Assembly (NCBI RefSeq): GCF_964242715.1
Contig: NZ_CAXTAZ010000011.1
Location: 24,593-88,592 of the forward strand
Direction of reading: 5' to 3'
Length of the DNA: 64,000 nt
Origin: an uncultured Enterovirga sp.
GTDB lineage: Bacteria > Pseudomonadota > Alphaproteobacteria > Rhizobiales > Beijerinckiaceae
The position numbers and the translations under genes are program-made. Positions 36,015 through 44,069 of the stretch are shown in pieces (position 1 is the stretch's first letter; the number at the start of each line of letters is the position of its first letter). The notes under the pieces are model-generated. The model did no database searches. It was not told where the DNA came from and saw only the letters and a list, made by a program, of their open reading frames with translations.

Positions 36015-37776
36015 CGTCACCCGCCTCGCGCCCACGCAGCAGCGCGTTGCCGAGCTCGAACAGGTTCGGCAGCGGGATCAGCCGCACCGCGAAGGTGCCC
36101 TGGCGGAAGCGGCGCAGCTCGAGAAGGGCGCCTGTGCCCCGGGGCGAGGTCTGGTCGAAGAGGAAGTTTCCGAGGGACGGAAGCAGCGCGTATTCGCCGC
36201 CCTGCGGCGCCTCGATCCGGGCGGCGGCACGGTGGCTATGCGCGCCGATGATCGCGCCGACCCCGCAGCGATGCAGATTGCGGGCGGCCTCGTATTCGGC
36301 CGGGCCGATATCGGTCGCGTATTCGACGCCCCAATGCACGAAGGCGACGAGGGGCGGGCGCGCGGCCGCTCGGCAGAGCGTGTCGAGATCGCCCTCCCGC
36401 ACCACCGGGAAGCCGGAGCGGTCGTTCCGGCCGACGAAGTTGAGCGGGATGATCCGGACAGGCCCGAGATCGGCGACCCGTCCGTGCGGCATCGGCATGA
36501 TCCCGGTTCGCTCCAAATGGGCGATCGTCTCGCGGTAGCCGTCACGACCGAGATCGAAGCTGTGATTGTTGGCGAGGCCGGCGGCCTTGACGTTCATGGC
36601 CTTCAGGATGGGCAAAGCGAGCCCGGCATGGATCGCGTGGAGATGGTCGCCGATGCCTTCCGGCGGTTCGGTCAGCAGCACGCCTTCGAGGTTGAGGACG
36701 AGCGGCGCCCCGCCGGTCAGGGTCCTGACCCGCGCCGCGATCGCGTCGGCGATGGCGGGCGTGGCGAGCGCCTTGGTTAGCCAGCGCCCCGGAAAGGCGT
36801 CGCCACCGAAGACGAGGACCTCCTGGTCCGGATAGGCGTAAGGGAAGGCCTCGGTCTCGGTCGCATAGACCGAGACGAGGTAGCTCGTCGTGCGCGAGGC
36901 ATGCGGCACGTATTCGACCGAGTTCCGGCTCGCGATCACGGTCCCTCGGGACCCGCGCGACGCCTGTAAGCTCATCTGGACATACTGCGCGCCCCGCGAA
37001 TCCATGTGGTCCGACGAGACGAGTCGCTCGATCGCGGCCGGATCCTCGGCCGCGATCACGTTCAAGGTCTCCTGGTCGCGGGCGAGGCTCGCGACCACCG
37101 GGAGGTAGTGGGAATAGTCGGTCGATTGCACGACGAGCGTGCCCGGTCCGGCAAGCTTCTCCAGGAGCGCCGTCGCCCGGTCCCACTCGGCCCGGCCCGC
37201 CCGGAGCGAGATCGCGATCGGGACGATCTTCGCGTCGGGAAAGAAGTGCTTCGCGAAGGGCAGCAGGGCCGCGATGCCGTGCTCGCGGTCGAAGAGATCC
37301 GAAACCTCGAACAGCTCGCTATCCGCGACGAGCGTTCCAACCGCATCGCGATCGGTCGCGAGCCTCCCGAACACGGTGTCGAAGTCGTGCGCGCTCGTCG
37401 CAAGGGGCTTGCGGCTTCGGTTGAAATGGTCTGGCGACAGGATGACGATCCGGTCGTAGCGGTTGCCCTGGGCGGCCCAGAAGCCCCGCGCGATCAGGTC
37501 CGCCGCAAGCAGGTGGTGCGGGACGGTGATGCCGGTGACGGTCGGCGGCCGCGCCGGCGCAGGTTGCCGCTCCGCCGCGATCGCGGCCAGGAAGGGCTGC
37601 GGGTCGGTGTACAGGGAGGGGAAGGAGGCGGTTTCGGCCGGCTGGGCCTGTCTGTCAGCCGAGTCGTGTCCGGGAGCTCCTTCTCCCGCGAGAGGAGAAG
37701 GAGCCGCGCAGAGGCCGAAGCTGGTCGTCGTGAGGGCGAGGACCAGCCCGAACCGGAGCGCCGCCCAGCGCCTCAA
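35965..37776 (-). CDS. Exported fusion protein: Memo/AmmeMemoRadiSam-B-like domain plus CapA (PGA_cap) metallophosphatase-like domain
   Basis: TTG 37776 overlaps the livF stop (TTGA). Signal-like MRRWAALRFGLVLALTTTSFGLCAAP. Memo-like: ITVPHHLLAADLI...IVILSPDHF...STDYSHY. CapA-like: VLNLEGVL, LANNHSFDLGRDGYRETIAHL, VHWGVEY, IIGAHSHR, LPSLGNFLFDQ. Confidence 0.8.
   Translation of the reverse strand: MRRWAALRFGLVLALTTTSFGLCAAPSPLAGEGAPGHDSADRQAQPAETASFPSLYTDPQPFLAAIAAERQPAPARPPTVTGITVPHHLLAADLIARGFWAAQGNRYDRIVILSPDHFNRSRKPLATSAHDFDTVFGRLATDRDAVGTLVADSELFEVSDLFDREHGIAALLPFAKHFFPDAKIVPIAISLRAGRAEWDRATALLEKLAGPGTLVVQSTDYSHYLPVVASLARDQETLNVIAAEDPAAIERLVSSDHMDSRGAQYVQMSLQASRGSRGTVIASRNSVEYVPHASRTTSYLVSVYATETEAFPYAYPDQEVLVFGGDAFPGRWLTKALATPAIADAIAARVRTLTGGAPLVLNLEGVLLTEPPEGIGDHLHAIHAGLALPILKAMNVKAAGLANNHSFDLGRDGYRETIAHLERTGIMPMPHGRVADLGPVRIIPLNFVGRNDRSGFPVVREGDLDTLCRAAARPPLVAFVHWGVEYATDIGPAEYEAARNLHRCGVGAIIGAHSHRAAARIEAPQGGEYALLPSLGNFLFDQTSPRGTGALLELRRFRQGTFAVRLIPLPNLFELGNALLRGREAGDVTGSDTGPSGGSAGNR
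37676..37704. repeat. REP-like 11-bp perfect inverted repeat embedded in coding sequence
   Basis: GCTCCTTCTCC-CGCGAGA-GGAGAAGGAGC. On the minus strand it encodes APSPLAGEGAPG, just after the signal segment of the Memo/CapA protein. Confidence 0.5.
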
Positions 37777-38492
37777 TGAAAGGCCCCGACGCCGAGATGG
37801 CGCTCGATCGAGGCCTGGTCGCTCCGGAGTAACGGACTCGGGCCGGACCAGACGATGCGGCCCCGGTCCATGACCACCGTGTCCTGGGCGAAGTCGAGGG
37901 CGCGCTCGATCTGCTGCTCGACGAGGACGATCGTCATGTCGCCGCTCTCGGTCAGCCGGTGAAGCGCCGCCATGAGTTCGTCGCAGATGACCGGCGCCAG
38001 GCCCTCGAGCGGTTCGTCGAGGAGGAGGACGCGCGGCCGGCCGAGCACGGTCCGGGCGGTCGACAGCATCTGCTGCTCGCCGCCGGAGAGGAGCGAGGCG
38101 GTCTGCCGGCGCCGTTCTCCTAGCCGCGGGAACATCGCATAGGCCTCGACCAGCGCCGAGCGGGGCCGTTCCTTCAGGCCGGCGACGAGGTTTTCCTCCA
38201 CGGTGAGCGAGCGGAAGACGTCGCGGGTCTGCGGCACGTAGCCGAGACCCCGCCGGGCGCGCTCGGGCGTGGACAGCGCCGCGACATCCTGCCCGTCGAG
38301 GAGGATTTGACCCTCATGCCGGCGGGCGAGGCCCATCAGGGCGGCGAGCAGCGTCGTCTTGCCGACACCGTTCCGGCCCAGCACGGCGAGGCGCCCGCCC
38401 GCCGCCACGGCGAAGCTCGCCTCCTCGACAATCTGCGTCGCGCCGTAGCCGGCGGTGAGCCCTGTCACCTCGAGCGAGGCGGCGCCGCTCAT
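37773..38492 (-). CDS. livF: Branched-chain amino acid type ABC transporter ATP-binding protein (LivF-like)
   Basis: GRNGVGKTTLL, LSGGEQQML, LLLDEP. Confidence 0.9.
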   Translation of the reverse strand: MSGAASLEVTGLTAGYGATQIVEEASFAVAAGGRLAVLGRNGVGKTTLLAALMGLARRHEGQILLDGQDVAALSTPERARRGLGYVPQTRDVFRSLTVEENLVAGLKERPRSALVEAYAMFPRLGERRRQTASLLSGGEQQMLSTARTVLGRPRVLLLDEPLEGLAPVICDELMAALHRLTESGDMTIVLVEQQIERALDFAQDTVVMDRGRIVWSGPSPLLRSDQASIERHLGVGAFH

Positions 38493-39250
38493 GCGTGAGC
38501 CGTTCCGGCGTAATTGCCGAGATAGGCTTCGCGCACCCGGGGATCGGCGACGACCGCGGCAGGGGAGCCGTCGAAGATCGCCGCCCCGGAGGCCAGGACC
38601 ACGACCCGTCGGGCGAAGCGGAGCACCAGGTCCATGTCGTGCTCGATCATCAGGACGGCGATGTCGGAGGGCAGGCGGTCGATCGCCTCGACGATGCGGG
38701 GCGCTTCCGCGCGCGACACCCCGGCGGCCGGCTCGTCGAGGAGCAGCACCTTCGGCCGCAGCGCGACTGCGATCGCGATCTCGACCAGCCGCTGCTGCCC
38801 GTAGGCGATTTCCCGGACGAGCGCTTCGGCGACAAAGCCGAGGCCGAGTTGACCCAGGATCGCGTGGGCTTCGTCCTCCAGCACCGGATCGGCATGGGCG
38901 TTCCGCAGGAGTCGACCGGTTCGGCCATGGCGCTGCAGCAGAGCCAGAAGCACGTTCTCGACGACGCTCATGTCCTGGAACAGGCGGCTGATCTGGAAGG
39001 TGCGGACGAGCCCCCGCCGGACCCGGGCCTCGACGCCCTGGTCGGTCACATCCTCGTCGCCGAGCCGGATGCGGCCGCCATCGGGGCGGAGCTGGCCGCT
39101 GACGAGGTTCACGAAGGTGGTCTTGCCGGCCCCGTTCGGGCCGATCAGCGCGACGCGGTCGCCGGGCGACAGGGTGAGCGAGATATCCTGGCTGACCCGC
39201 AATCCGCCGAAGGATTTCCGCAGGGCTTCCACGGTGAGGAGCGCGCTCAC
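38489..39250 (-). CDS. livG: Branched-chain amino acid type ABC transporter ATP-binding protein (LivG-like)
   Basis: GTG 39250 overlaps the livM stop (GTGA). GPNGAGKTTF, YGQQRLVEIA, LLLDEPAAG. Confidence 0.9.
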   Translation of the reverse strand: MSALLTVEALRKSFGGLRVSQDISLTLSPGDRVALIGPNGAGKTTFVNLVSGQLRPDGGRIRLGDEDVTDQGVEARVRRGLVRTFQISRLFQDMSVVENVLLALLQRHGRTGRLLRNAHADPVLEDEAHAILGQLGLGFVAEALVREIAYGQQRLVEIAIAVALRPKVLLLDEPAAGVSRAEAPRIVEAIDRLPSDIAVLMIEHDMDLVLRFARRVVVLASGAAIFDGSPAAVVADPRVREAYLGNYAGTAHA

Positions 39251-40263
39251 CGCCGCCTCCACAGGCCCGGGACGGAGGCCACGATCTTCTGCAATCCGCC
39301 TGGCAGGAACAGCATCACGGCGATGAGGAGAAGGCCCATGATGGTGAGCCAGTGGAAGGGGTTCGCGGCCGAGACGATATGTTCGAAGACCTGGAAGACG
39401 ACGGTGCCGATGATGGCGCCCGACAGCGACCCCGACCCGCCGAAGACGAGCATCACGAGCGCCGTCGCGGACCGCTCGAAACTGACGCTGTCGAGCCCGA
39501 CGACGCCCGTCGTGATCGCGGACAGCGCGCCGCCCAAGCCGGCGACGAGCCCCGAGATGCCGTACATGGTGACGAGCGCCGGCTTGATGCGGGCTCCGAG
39601 CGCCCGGACGCGGATCTCGTCCTCGCGGATGCCGCGGCAGAGGAGCCCGAAGGGCGAGCGCACGAGAAGCCGCAGGAGCCCGAAGACGACGATCAGGAGC
39701 GCGATGCCGAGAACGTATCCGGTCTGGCCGTAGAGATCGAACTCGAAGGTTCCGAACAAGGGTTTCGGCGTGATTCCGGACAGCCCGTCGCTGCCGCCCG
39801 TGACGGTCGATGCCTTGTTCGCGAGCGCGCCCGCGAGCTGGACCACCGCGATCGACAGGACGAGTTGCGGCAGGCCGGAGGCCCGCAGGATGACGAGGCC
39901 GGACACGAGGCCCGAGACGCCGCCGGCCGCCATCCCGATCAGGAGCAGCGTCAACGGCTCCGTAATCCCAGCATGCACGGCCACGACCCCGGCCCCGTAG
40001 GCACCCGCCCCGAACAGCGCGGCGTGGCCGAGCGTCGCCACCCCGCAATAGCCGACGACGAGGTCGAGGGAGAGGACGAGAAGCGCCATCGCGCAGATCC
40101 GGCTCAGCAGGCCGAGATCGTAGGGGAAGAGAAAGAAGCCGACCGCCCCGGCGGCCGCGATCGCGGCCATGCCGAGGAGCGTGACCAGGCGGTCCCGACG
40201 GACGATGCGACCGTGCGACCGCGACCGGGCAGGAGCGGACACCGAAGCCGTGGGCGCGCTCAA
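39247..40263 (-). CDS. livM: Branched-chain amino acid type ABC permease (LivM-like)
   Basis: 338 aa, polytopic. GYCGVATLGHAALFGAGAY. Confidence 0.9.
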   Translation of the reverse strand: MSAPTASVSAPARSRSHGRIVRRDRLVTLLGMAAIAAAGAVGFFLFPYDLGLLSRICAMALLVLSLDLVVGYCGVATLGHAALFGAGAYGAGVVAVHAGITEPLTLLLIGMAAGGVSGLVSGLVILRASGLPQLVLSIAVVQLAGALANKASTVTGGSDGLSGITPKPLFGTFEFDLYGQTGYVLGIALLIVVFGLLRLLVRSPFGLLCRGIREDEIRVRALGARIKPALVTMYGISGLVAGLGGALSAITTGVVGLDSVSFERSATALVMLVFGGSGSLSGAIIGTVVFQVFEHIVSAANPFHWLTIMGLLLIAVMLFLPGGLQKIVASVPGLWRRR

Positions 40264-41126
40264 TGGGCCCGTCCCAGGAGGCCGCGCGGAAAGGTCCAGA
40301 CGACCGCGATCACGGCCGCATAGAAGAAGAACTCGCCGTATTCCGGCAGGAGATACTTGCTGGTCGTATCCACGAAGCCGAGGAGCAGCGCGGCCAGGAG
40401 CGCGCCCGAGATCGATCCCGCGCCGCCGACGGAGACCACGACCAGGAAGGTGACCATGTAGCGGAGTGCGTAATAGGGCTCGACGGGCAGGATCTCGGCC
40501 CCGATCACGCCGCCGAGGGCGCCGAGCCCCACGGAGAGCGCGAAGGCGAAGGCGTAGATCCGCTGCGTCCGGATCCCGAGCGCGGCCGCCATCGACGGGT
40601 TGTCGACCGCCGCCCGGAGTCGGATGCCGAAATCGGTCCGCTCGATCAGGAGCCAGAGCCCGAGCGCCACGGCGGCGCCGGTCGCGATCACGACGAGGCG
40701 ATGGGCCGGCACGGTCCGGAAGCCGAGATCGACCGGGCCCGTGAAGGCTGCGGGGAGAGGGATCGTCTTCAGCGTCGGCCCGAATGCCCAGTTCGCCGCG
40801 CCTATCACCGCGAAGGTGATGCCGATCGTCATCAGCACCTGCACCAGCGGATCGGAGGCGCCATAGATCCGTCGATAGAGTGTCATCTCGAGCGGGATCG
40901 CGAGCAAGACGGCGCCTGCCACCGCGAGAAGGATGGCGACCCCGTAGGGCAAGCCGAGCGACAGAGTCGCCCAGGAGGCCAGATAGCCTCCGATCATCGC
41001 GAAGGCGCCATGCGCGAGGTTCACGACCCGCATCAGCCCCATCGTCACCGAGAGGCCGATCGAGATGATGAACAGCACCATCCCGTAGGCGAGCGCGTCG
41101 AACAGGATCGAGACGGCCGTCTGCAC
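40260..41126 (-). CDS. livH: Branched-chain amino acid type ABC permease (LivH-like)
   Basis: 288 aa, polytopic. MGLMRVVNLAHGAFAMIGGY. Confidence 0.9.
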   Translation of the reverse strand: MQTAVSILFDALAYGMVLFIISIGLSVTMGLMRVVNLAHGAFAMIGGYLASWATLSLGLPYGVAILLAVAGAVLLAIPLEMTLYRRIYGASDPLVQVLMTIGITFAVIGAANWAFGPTLKTIPLPAAFTGPVDLGFRTVPAHRLVVIATGAAVALGLWLLIERTDFGIRLRAAVDNPSMAAALGIRTQRIYAFAFALSVGLGALGGVIGAEILPVEPYYALRYMVTFLVVVSVGGAGSISGALLAALLLGFVDTTSKYLLPEYGEFFFYAAVIAVVWTFPRGLLGRAH

Positions 41127-41169
41127 GAGGGGCCGTGTGATCCGAACCGCGGGCCCCGAAGGCCGGGCC

Positions 41170-42342
41170 TTATTGCATCAGGCCGAAATCGGGCTGATCC
41201 GGATAGGCCTTGATCTCGCGGTTGATATACTCGCCGTCCTTCTTCTCCACCACGCGCTTGTAGATGCTCTGGCGGATGTGGCGGGTCTTCGGGTCGATCG
41301 AGACCGGGCCGCGCGGGCTCTCCCAGGCATAGCCCTTGACGGCATCCATCGCCTTCGCCGGGTCCTGCTTGCCGTCGGTCGCCTCGATCATCCGGTAGAG
41401 GAGCCGGGTGCCGTCATAGGCCGCGACCGCGGTCATCACGACTTCCTTCTCGGGCAGGCCGACCTTCTTCAGCTCGGCCAGGAAGGCCTTGTTCTCGGGC
41501 GAATCGTGCGACATCGCATAGCCGTAGGTCGAGATGATGCCGAGCGCGGCATCGCCCAGCGCCGGCAGGTCGGTCTCGAGCGTCAGGTCGCCCGTGGTGA
41601 TGAGCTTGATGCCGGCGGCCTTGAGGCCGTTGTCGATGAAGGCCTTGACGAAGGCCAGGGTCGGCGGGCCGCTCGGCAGGAAGGCGAAGACGGCGTCCGC
41701 CTTGGTGTCCTTCACGCGCTGCATGATGGGGCCGAAGTCGGTCGTCCGCACCGGCATGCGGATAGAATCCGTCACCGTGCCGCCATCGGCCTCGAAGGTC
41801 TTCTTGAAGGCCGCCTCGGCGTCGAGGCCCGGCCCGTAATCGCTGACCGCGACCACGGCCCGCTTCGCGCCCTCCTCGATCGCGGCCTTCGCGGCCGGAA
41901 CGGTGATCTGCCAGAGCGTGAAGGAGGTCCGGCTGACCAGCGGGCTCTTCTCCGTGATGGAGGACGTCGCCGCGTTCATGACCACGAAGGGCGTCTTGCC
42001 CTGGTCGATGACGGTCGTGATCGCCATCGCGTCCGGAGTGAAATAGGCGCCGGCCAGATACTGCACCCGATCCTTGACAATCAGCTCCTGGGCGAGCGCC
42101 TTCGCCTTCGCGGGATCGATCGCGTCGAGGTCGCGGTAGATGAACTCGACATTGTGGCCCTTCACGGTCTTGCCGTTCTTGGACTGGTAGGCCTCGATCC
42201 CGGCCTTGAAGTTCTTGCCGAAGATGCCGAAGGGCCCCGAGAAGGGACCGATGACCCCGACCTTGACCGTATCGGCCAGGGCCGGCAGCCCTGCCAGACC
42301 AACCGCGGCGGCCGCGATTACGAAGAACCCAACGCGTCTCAT
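41170..42342 (-). CDS. ABC transporter periplasmic substrate-binding protein, Leu/Ile/Val-binding (type I PBP) family
   Basis: Signal peptide MRRVGFFVIAAAAVGLAGLPALA, followed by DTVKVGVIGPFSGPFGIFG. Confidence 0.9.
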   Translation of the reverse strand: MRRVGFFVIAAAAVGLAGLPALADTVKVGVIGPFSGPFGIFGKNFKAGIEAYQSKNGKTVKGHNVEFIYRDLDAIDPAKAKALAQELIVKDRVQYLAGAYFTPDAMAITTVIDQGKTPFVVMNAATSSITEKSPLVSRTSFTLWQITVPAAKAAIEEGAKRAVVAVSDYGPGLDAEAAFKKTFEADGGTVTDSIRMPVRTTDFGPIMQRVKDTKADAVFAFLPSGPPTLAFVKAFIDNGLKAAGIKLITTGDLTLETDLPALGDAALGIISTYGYAMSHDSPENKAFLAELKKVGLPEKEVVMTAVAAYDGTRLLYRMIEATDGKQDPAKAMDAVKGYAWESPRGPVSIDPKTRHIRQSIYKRVVEKKDGEYINREIKAYPDQPDFGLMQ

Positions 42343-42478
42343 CTTGTGCCTTCTCCGATGGCCGGCCGCATCGCGGTTGATCTAGCACGAAATAACGCCG
42401 TGGCATCGCCCACCTTCGTGGCACACGCAACAGGCCTTCGCGCCTGACGCGGCCCCGCGGCGCAGACTAGGCCTTCGC

Positions 42479-43915
42479 TCAAAAAACCTCGAAATACTCC
42501 CGGTGCTCCCAATCGCTGACCTCGGATTCGAAGCGGTCGATCTCGGCGTGTTTGATGTGGGCGAGGTAGTCGATGAAGCGCTCGCCGAGATGCTCTCGGA
42601 AGAAGCTGTCGCCTTCGAGGGCGAGCACGGCCTCCCGCAAGCTTCGGGGAAGCCGGGAGGCCTCGGCCTCGTAGGGGGTGTCGGCCGACGGCCCGGGTTC
42701 GCGTCCCCCGTCGATGCCGTCGAGCCCGGAGAGGATCTGCGACGCCATGTAGAGATACGGATTCGCGGCCGGCTCGCCGATCCGGTTCTCGAGCCGCGTC
42801 GCGGGATCGCCCGGGCTGCCGAGCACCCGGATCATCACGCCGCGATTGTCGCGCGCCCAGGTCGCCCGGTCCGGGGCGAGCGAATAGGCGCGCAGGCGCT
42901 TGTAGCCGTTGATCGTCGGCGTGGTGAACACGGCCGCCGCGCGGGCATGGTGGAGGAGGCCGGCGAGATAGCGACGGCCGGTCTCCGACAGGAGATCGTC
43001 GCTGCCCTCCGACGCGAAGGCGTTCGTGCCGGTCTCCCGACTTCGGAGCGACTGGTGCAGGTGCCAGCCCGACGAGACGAGGTTCGGCAGTTTTGGCCGG
43101 CACATGAAAGTGGCGTGGAAGCCGTGCCGGCGGCAGATCTGCTTCACGGCGCTCCGGAACTGGACCATGAGGTCGGCCGGCTCGAGCCCGACCGTCGGCG
43201 CGAAGGTGAATTCGCACTGACTCGGGCCGTATTCCACCTCGACCGACCGCAGGGGAAGCCCGAGCGCCAGCACGTCGCGGCGTATGATCTCCAGCACCGG
43301 CTCGATCAGGTCGTAGCGCTGCTCCGTCAGATACTGGTAGCCGGGCGACAGGAGCGCGACCGCGGGCGGCTCGCCCGGTTGCCCGGCATGGGCCGGGTCC
43401 ATCTTCGGATCGACGAGCCGGAAGATGTGGCATTCGACCTCGATCCCGGCCGTGAAGTCGAAGCCGCGCCCGGCGAGGTCCGAGAGCACGCGGCGATAGA
43501 TGTTGCGCGTCGCGAAGGGCACGGGCGCGCCGTCTGCGAAATGCAGGTCGCAGAGAACCCAGCCGGTCTTCTCCGCCCAGGGCAGGATTTTGAAGGTCGC
43601 CGGGGCCGGGATCATCAGGGCATCGCCGCCGCCCTGCATCTCGGCCATGCCGAAGCCGCCGCCGGCGGAGAAAACCGGGAACACGGTCCGGTGCGCCGTG
43701 TCCTTGGCCAGCAGCGTCGTCGTCACGGAGACGCCGCTCTCCAGCACCCGGATCGCCTCGCCGGCGACCAGCGTCTTGCCGCGCAGGATGCCGTGCTGGT
43801 CCGGGAAGGAGAAGCGGACGACTTCGAGACCTTCAGCCTCGATCCGCCGCACGATCTCGGCCGCCTGCCGCCTCTGGTCGTCGGACCAGAGGCCGTGCCG
43901 TTCGACGAAGGTCAT
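42479..43915 (-). CDS. Glutamine synthetase family protein (GS-like gamma-glutamyl ligase type)
   Basis: ATG 43915. EVEYGPSQCEFTF, SGWHLHQSL, NGYKRL, NRGVMIRV. Confidence 0.9.
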   Translation of the reverse strand: MTFVERHGLWSDDQRRQAAEIVRRIEAEGLEVVRFSFPDQHGILRGKTLVAGEAIRVLESGVSVTTTLLAKDTAHRTVFPVFSAGGGFGMAEMQGGGDALMIPAPATFKILPWAEKTGWVLCDLHFADGAPVPFATRNIYRRVLSDLAGRGFDFTAGIEVECHIFRLVDPKMDPAHAGQPGEPPAVALLSPGYQYLTEQRYDLIEPVLEIIRRDVLALGLPLRSVEVEYGPSQCEFTFAPTVGLEPADLMVQFRSAVKQICRRHGFHATFMCRPKLPNLVSSGWHLHQSLRSRETGTNAFASEGSDDLLSETGRRYLAGLLHHARAAAVFTTPTINGYKRLRAYSLAPDRATWARDNRGVMIRVLGSPGDPATRLENRIGEPAANPYLYMASQILSGLDGIDGGREPGPSADTPYEAEASRLPRSLREAVLALEGDSFFREHLGERFIDYLAHIKHAEIDRFESEVSDWEHREYFEVF

Positions 43916-43925
43916 CGGCGCGTTG

Positions 43926-44056
43926 CCTCTCCCGAGAGGGAGAGGTCGAGCGACCGCGGTAGCGGGCAACCGGGTGAGGGTCGATCCCTCTCCGGATACT
44001 CCGCATCCCTCACCCGGTCGGCTGCCGCCGACTCTACCTCTCCCTCTCGGGAGAGG
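43926..44056. repeat. Composite REP/BIME-like element with two terminal hairpins and an internal stem
   Basis: First terminal hairpin: CCTCTCCC-GAGA-GGGAGAGG (43926-43945). Second: CCTCTCCC-TCTC-GGGAGAGG (44037-44056). Internal stem: CGGGTGAGGG (43971-43980) pairs with CCCTCACCCG (44007-44016). The element is intergenic, between the GS-like and Rieske genes. Confidence 0.6.
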
Positions 44057-44069
44057 CAGGCGCGCCCCT

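Noticed and set aside
42343-42478. Sigma-54-like GG...GC motif upstream of the Liv-type ABC operon (minus strand ACGGCGTTATTTCGTGCT)
   Set aside because: The GG-to-GC spacing is one nucleotide longer than the -24/-12 consensus, and the flanking bases do not match TGGCAC/TTGCA.
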